This document shows positions 27,586 through 32,000 of a DNA stretch of 32,000 bases, in pieces (position 1 is the first letter of the stretch; each line of letters opens with the position of its first letter). Origin of the DNA: Thermodesulfobium acidiphilum (GTDB lineage Bacteria; Thermodesulfobiota; Thermodesulfobiia; Thermodesulfobiales; Thermodesulfobiaceae); the NCBI RefSeq assembly GCF_003057965.1, contig NZ_CP020921.1, positions 176,100 to 208,099 on the forward strand, written 5' to 3'. The position numbers and the translations under genes were made by a program. The notes beneath the pieces were generated by a model, which was not told the origin of the DNA, did no database searches, and was given only the letters and a program-made list of their open reading frames with translations.

Positions 27586-28011
27586 TTACTTACAGAGTTT
27601 TTTACAATTTTTTTTTACCAGATCGTTAAGGGTAATTTTTCCTAAGAAAGAGTTTACCTGATTACCAATTTTCTGCCACAACGCTCTTGTCAGACAATCC
27701 TCAGCCCTATGACACTTTGAAGGATCCGCCGAACACTCTGTTATCAAAACAGGTCCTTCAAGTACCTCTATTACATCCTTTATTATAATTTTCTTCGGGT
27801 CTACGTTTAGCTTATATCCGCCGCCAGGACCTTTAAAGCTTTCTACTATTCCATGATGTTTCAAAACGTTTAGAACCTGTTCAAGATAAGAAAGGGATAT
27901 TTCCTGGTCTTTGGCAAGCTGATGAGCAGGTATGGTGTAACCCTTTTTTACCTGTGCAAGCTGACATAAAGCTCTTAATCCATATCTAGTTTTGGTTGAA
28001 AGCTTAAACAT
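27586..28011 (-). CDS. Rrf2-family transcriptional regulator (IscR-like)
   Basis: 141 aa; MFKLSTKTRYGLRALCQLA wHTH, GPGGGYKL, three-Cys CSADPSKCHRAEDC region. Confidence 0.92.
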   Translation of the reverse strand: MFKLSTKTRYGLRALCQLAQVKKGYTIPAHQLAKDQEISLSYLEQVLNVLKHHGIVESFKGPGGGYKLNVDPKKIIIKDVIEVLEGPVLITECSADPSKCHRAEDCLTRALWQKIGNQVNSFLGKITLNDLVKKNCKKLCK

Positions 28012-28084
28012 GTAAATATAATATCATATAAGTTCAATAATTTTTATTTTTTTATTAAACAAACATATAAGATATATTTATAAG

Positions 28085-29620
28085 TTAATAAGTAAATTTT
28101 TTTGTTAATTTAAAAACCTTATTATAAAAGTATTTGGATTCTTCCCACTTTAAGATAAAGCTTAAAATGAAGTAAAATGCGATTGAGGACAATGGATATG
28201 CTATCTCAAAATATCCCCTTAAATGTAAGAAGTGTGATATACAATAAAAAAATAAACAACATAAAAACGCAATAAAACCTCTAATTAAAATTTTTGTTAA
28301 AAACCTGTTTAACGAAAATAAACCTTTTTTGTCAAGTATATATAGTTGCCATATTGAACTTATAAGTGTGCCAATAATTGAGCCTAGCGCTACTATAAAT
28401 ATACCATATGGTTTGACAAACAGGGCACAAAATATAATGTTAAAAATTATTCCAGCCAGGATAGACCAAAAGCTCTCCCACGGTTTTTTTAATGCTATAA
28501 ACGCCTGGTATGACATGCCAGTTATTCCTATTGTATAAAGCATCAATATATGATAAGACAAAAATTGTGAAGTAATTAAAGCTGCACTATTGTTAAAGGC
28601 TCCATGTCTATAAGTAATTGATATTATTATGTAACTAAAAAAAATAGTGCTAAATACAATTGGAGACATTAGATAAATAATTGCGTTCATTCCATTGGAA
28701 AAGGTTCTCTTGAATTCGTTGATCTTATTTTCACTTGCAAAGGATATCATAGTTGGAAAAAGAGCACTCATTATAGAAAAAATTACAAGCCCAGCAGTCC
28801 CATATTCGAATCTTGCAGAATAATTAACTGCGCTTATTGCTCCACTTGCAAGCCAGGACGCTGCTGTAGTTGCTATAAAAAGATGAATCGGCCAAAGGTT
28901 TGTTCCTATTAGGGTAGGCAATAGTAGATTAAGAAGTCTCTTTTGATTGATGTTAAAAAGTTTTAGCTTTTTAAAAATATTCTTCTTTATTCGTTTTTTT
29001 ATCCAGATCCACAAGCCTATAATTTGTAAAATTGCCCAAATTACCTGAGAGAAGATAAATGCGTTTATTCCAAATGGCTTTGTGAAAAAGAGTAGAGCGC
29101 CTACTGTAAATATGTTAAACAAAAAGGCAAAGAGCACAGGGTAGAAAAATTGATAATAAGATTGACATATTACAGTGAGAAATTGTCCAATTCCTGCAAG
29201 AGTTGCATACGAAACACTTAATAAAATTATACTTAAAGCTAAATTTGTACTGATTAGTTTGTCGTGACATTGCCACAAAAATATAATAAGTGAGGTTGAA
29301 ACAAAAAGTACTATCGATTGAATAATTATCCAGAGAAAAGAATTTGCAAGAAATTCAGTCGCACTGTCGTTATCTTTGGATTTTATATCTAAAAATACAG
29401 GCATAAATGAGCCAGAATAAGTTTTTAAAATAGACCATATAAGGGAATTAGAGAGATTAAAAGCGAAGAAAAAGAAGTCTGTAATGTGAGTTATTCCAAA
29501 GGAATATGCAAAAAGTATCTCTCTTATAAAAGCTAGAGGTTTGGAGAACAAATTTGCTCCTGTAAGAAGTAGGGATGCTACGAATGGTGTTTGTTTATCA
29601 ATATTGGAACTAATCTTCAT
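28085..29620 (-). CDS. murJ: Lipid II flippase MurJ (MviN-like)
   Basis: Polytopic membrane protein, SKPLAFIREILFAYSFGITHITDFFFFAF, NYSARFEYGTAGLVIFSIMSALFPTMI. Track ORF begins 29737; MKISSNID at 29620 is the more plausible start. Confidence 0.88.
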   Translation of the reverse strand: MKISSNIDKQTPFVASLLLTGANLFSKPLAFIREILFAYSFGITHITDFFFFAFNLSNSLIWSILKTYSGSFMPVFLDIKSKDNDSATEFLANSFLWIIIQSIVLFVSTSLIIFLWQCHDKLISTNLALSIILLSVSYATLAGIGQFLTVICQSYYQFFYPVLFAFLFNIFTVGALLFFTKPFGINAFIFSQVIWAILQIIGLWIWIKKRIKKNIFKKLKLFNINQKRLLNLLLPTLIGTNLWPIHLFIATTAASWLASGAISAVNYSARFEYGTAGLVIFSIMSALFPTMISFASENKINEFKRTFSNGMNAIIYLMSPIVFSTIFFSYIIISITYRHGAFNNSAALITSQFLSYHILMLYTIGITGMSYQAFIALKKPWESFWSILAGIIFNIIFCALFVKPYGIFIVALGSIIGTLISSIWQLYILDKKGLFSLNRFLTKILIRGFIAFLCCLFFYCISHFLHLRGYFEIAYPLSSIAFYFILSFILKWEESKYFYNKVFKLTKKFTY

Positions 29621-29787
29621 TTTATAATTTAGATAATACTTTAGATAAAAAAATTTTTTGTTAAATTTACTATTAAAATGTTTTGAGCAACACAGTAGTT
29701 TTGAGTAAATTGTTAACATAGGGATAATATAAAACATTTTTTATGATCAGTAAAGAGCTTATTGGCTATTTCTTTGACCAGATTCTA

Positions 29788-29816
29788 TTGCATAACTTTT
29801 ATAATTATGTTATTCT
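29788..29816 (+). promoter_or_regulatory. Candidate sigma-70 promoter for tRNA-Pro
   Basis: TTGCAT (29788-29793), 17-nt spacer, TATTCT (29811-29816) with TATG extension just upstream of the tRNA. Confidence 0.45.
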
Positions 29817-29828
29817 TTGTAAATATGT

Positions 29829-29903
29829 CGGGGTGTAGCGCAGCGGGAGCGCACCTGCTTTGGGAGCAGGGGGTCAGAGGTTCAAATCCTCTCACCCCGA
29901 CCA
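29829..29903 (+). tRNA. tRNA-Pro (anticodon TGG), CCA encoded
   Basis: Acceptor CGGGGTG/CACCCCG, anticodon stem CCTGC/GCAGG with loop TTTGGGA, T-arm AGAGG-TTCAAAT-CCTCT, ACCA 3' end. Confidence 0.97.
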
Positions 29904-29956
29904 GGTTTTTTTGATATTAGAGCAGAAAAAATGTATTAATTAATGGGGAGGTATTG

Positions 29957-30220
29957 ATGGCAGATATTAGGGTAAGTGCTAACTCAGCTGCAAAGTCTGT
30001 GGCAGGGGCTATTGCTGGAGCTATGAGGGAAAAGGGTAGAGTTGAAGTTCAGGCCATTGGCGCCGGTGCTGTAAACCAGGCTATTAAAGCAATAATTATA
30101 GCAAGAGGTTATCTTGCGCCAGGTGGTCTTGATGTTATTTGTATTCCGTCATTTACTTATGTAAATGTGGACGGTGAAGAGAGGACTGCAATAAAGCTTA
30201 TTGTTGAGCCAAGATATTAG
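29957..30220 (+). CDS. spoVS: Stage V sporulation protein S (SpoVS) family, second paralogue
   Basis: MADIRVSANSAAKSVAGAIAGAMREKGRVEVQAIGAGAVNQAIKAIIIARGYLAPGGLDVICIPSFTYVNVDGEERTAIKLIVEPRY; GGGGAGG RBS. Confidence 0.95.
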   Translation: MADIRVSANSAAKSVAGAIAGAMREKGRVEVQAIGAGAVNQAIKAIIIARGYLAPGGLDVICIPSFTYVNVDGEERTAIKLIVEPRY

Positions 30221-30273
30221 CTATATATGGTGAAAGGGTGTGTTAAGAAATAGAACTGTCTAGTACTGAGATA

Positions 30274-30729
30274 GTGTTTATTATTGTGGCCTTTTCTGTC
30301 TTCAACTTAGTTATAATTAGCGCTATGTTTATATTTATAAAGAGATCTTTTTCTGAATTTGCATCCCTTAGCCCAGCTGGTAGAACGCTTATCCTAAATA
30401 GAATTAAGGAGCTTGAAAGCAGATTAGAAAGTGTTGAGAACAATTATAAAGTTTTATCTGGTGATGTAGAAAAAATATTTATAAAACTAAAACATGCTTT
30501 TCAGGGTTCGGGGATTATTCGTTATGATGCTTTTGATAATATTAGTGGTATGTATTCCTTTTCTTATGCGCTATTGGATGCAAACAAAAATGGTATTATT
30601 ATAACCTCCATAATGAGCAGAGATTTTACAAGAGTTTATGCGAAGGAAGTATCCAATGGAAACGTCAATCTTGAAATATCGCCTGAGGAGAAAAAAGCTC
30701 TAGAAATAGCAATAAGTAAAATTAATTAG
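30274..30729 (+). CDS. DUF4446 family protein (single N-terminal TM)
   Basis: 151 aa; N-terminal TM, coiled coil, IKLKHAFQGSGIIRYDAFDNISGMYSFSYALLDANKNGIIITSIMSRDFTRVYAKEV. Exact start uncertain. Confidence 0.8.
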   Translation: MFIIVAFSVFNLVIISAMFIFIKRSFSEFASLSPAGRTLILNRIKELESRLESVENNYKVLSGDVEKIFIKLKHAFQGSGIIRYDAFDNISGMYSFSYALLDANKNGIIITSIMSRDFTRVYAKEVSNGNVNLEISPEEKKALEIAISKIN

Positions 30730-30741
30730 CTTTGAGGTGCT

Positions 30742-31686
30742 ATGCCAAAGAAATTGAACGACGAAATTACATTTATGATAGTGCCTCACTCAGGGCATAC
30801 TCCCTTTTCGTTCAAAATAAGATGGGGGGTTTTAGTTTTCTTTTTAAGCGTACTCTTTTTTGGGGCTCTCTTTGTGATATGGACCTTTATTTTAGCATTA
30901 AGTGTAAATTCAAGGCTTTCAGATTACCAGATTCTGAAATTTCAAAATGCACGCCAATCTGAGGAGATAAGACAATTAAAAGTTGAGTCAGAAGCTCTAA
31001 AAAAGGATATAAAGCGTCTTAGCGATGAGGAAAAGGAACTAAGAAAAAACCTTGGCATATCTGAACCATCAGATCAAAATTCTAAAGTCAAATCAGATCA
31101 AAGTTCTTCAATAGAGGGAATAAGGCAAGATAACTCGATTGAATTAAGTTTGTTGTTTAGTTCTTCAGCGGATCCAAGATTTATAAATATAAAAAACGAT
31201 CTATCTATTATTAGGACTCAACTTTCCTACAGAGAAAGGAGTTTTAACCAGGTTGCTCAAATAGCTAAGAGAAAGATTAATGAATATGCTTCTTTCCCTA
31301 CTGGTTTTCCTGCAGATGGTGTAATTACGTCTTATTTTGGATATAGACCGGCTTTTGGCGATTTTCATCCTGGAATAGACGTTGCAGCGGGTTATGGTTC
31401 GCCAATATATGCCACTGGTGACGGTGTTGTTGTCTTTGCTGGATGGTATTTATCTGGTTATGGATTAACAGTGATAATTGATCATGGTAACGGTTACGAA
31501 ACCCTTTATGCTCACGATAGTTCTTTTGCAGTTAAAGTTGGGCAAAGAGTTAAAAAAAATCAAGTAATTGCGTACATAGGCCTAACGGGCTTCACGACTG
31601 GTCCTCATGTTCATTATGAGGTTCATCATTATGGAAGGGTAATAAACCCAATGTCAGTAATTGGAGCAAATCCAGCAGAGCTTTAA
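30742..31686 (+). CDS. Membrane-anchored M23 peptidase
   Basis: 314 aa; N-terminal TM, coiled coil, HPGIDVAAGYGSPI, TLYAHDSSF, TGPHVHYEVHHYGRVINP. Confidence 0.93.
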   Translation: MPKKLNDEITFMIVPHSGHTPFSFKIRWGVLVFFLSVLFFGALFVIWTFILALSVNSRLSDYQILKFQNARQSEEIRQLKVESEALKKDIKRLSDEEKELRKNLGISEPSDQNSKVKSDQSSSIEGIRQDNSIELSLLFSSSADPRFINIKNDLSIIRTQLSYRERSFNQVAQIAKRKINEYASFPTGFPADGVITSYFGYRPAFGDFHPGIDVAAGYGSPIYATGDGVVVFAGWYLSGYGLTVIIDHGNGYETLYAHDSSFAVKVGQRVKKNQVIAYIGLTGFTTGPHVHYEVHHYGRVINPMSVIGANPAEL

Positions 31687-31700
31687 AGGAGGTAAGCAAA

Positions 31701-32000
31701 ATGTTGTTTAAAGTTAAAAGAGGTAGTAGTCCTGTAAGTCCCGATACAATTTTGAGCCATAAAAATGAATTTTCTGGGACCCTTAAGGGGGATGGGAATG
31801 TAAGAATTGACTCTTTGTTCGATGGTGAAATTACCATCGATGGTGAACTCTTTGTGGGGCAGGATGGAAAGGTAAATGCAAACGTTAAGGCAAAGAAAGT
31901 TTCAGTTTTTGGTGAGATAAGAGGGAATATTGAGGCTATTGAAGGGTTAATAATTCATAACAGCGGGAAGGTTTATGGAGATGTCAAGGTTGGAGTGTTG
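31701..32000 (+). CDS. Bactofilin family protein (partial, runs off window)
   Basis: MLFKVKRGSSPVSPDTILSHKNEFSGTLKGDGNVRIDSLFDGEITIDGELFVGQDGKVNANVKAKKVSVFGEIRGNIEAIEGLIIHNSGKVYGDVKVGVL: right-handed beta-helix-like repeats of the DUF583/bactofilin type. AAAGGAGG RBS; open to the window end. Confidence 0.92.
   Translation, partial: MLFKVKRGSSPVSPDTILSHKNEFSGTLKGDGNVRIDSLFDGEITIDGELFVGQDGKVNANVKAKKVSVFGEIRGNIEAIEGLIIHNSGKVYGDVKVGVL

Noticed and set aside
29829-29903. tRNA-Pro as a possible integration site of a mobile element
   Set aside because: No integrase and no repeated tRNA 3' end visible in the window.
30732-30962. 76-aa alternate-frame ORF overlapping the M23 gene start
   Set aside because: Out of frame with the clearly supported TM + M23 protein; no recognisable domain.
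31592-31837. 81-aa minus-strand ORF
   Set aside because: Antisense to the M23 C-terminus and bactofilin, both well supported.

Overview
This 32-kb window is almost entirely a compact housekeeping chromosome segment from an AT-rich anaerobic bacterium. Gene order and succinate/malate metabolism genes fit a Thermodesulfobium-like or deep Firmicutes-like lineage, but that is inference from gene content only. Main blocks: a Sir2 deacylase (partial) and an MBL-fold hydrolase on the minus strand; malic enzyme + sdhCDAB; a glutamate-synthase small-subunit-like flavoprotein (GltA/NfnB type); class-I fumarase alpha subunit; an ImmA/IrrE-type Zn peptidase; lepA-hemW-DUF951; a DegT/StrS aminotransferase; recJ-like - relA/spoT - uvrC; a tandem pair of coiled-coil M23 peptidases; an M16 peptidase; miaB and spoVS (minus); rluB-like - TusA-like - cysteine desulfurase; an Rrf2/IscR-like regulator and murJ (minus); tRNA-Pro(TGG); a second spoVS; DUF4446 - M23 - bactofilin (partial). 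I found no CRISPR array, transposon, prophage or defence island. The most interesting signals are at 19.4-22.2 kb. Two diverged M23 paralogues are each preceded by a perfect 221-bp direct repeat. The repeat encodes an unlisted 36-aa single-TM micro-ORF translationally coupled to each peptidase, and the first paralogue has lost a zinc-ligand His (GPHLFFE instead of GPHLHFE). Other points worth a second look are two SpoVS paralogues, a UvrC lacking the C-terminal HhH domain, an overlapping TusA-like/cysteine desulfurase pair with variant motifs, and an M23-bactofilin module.
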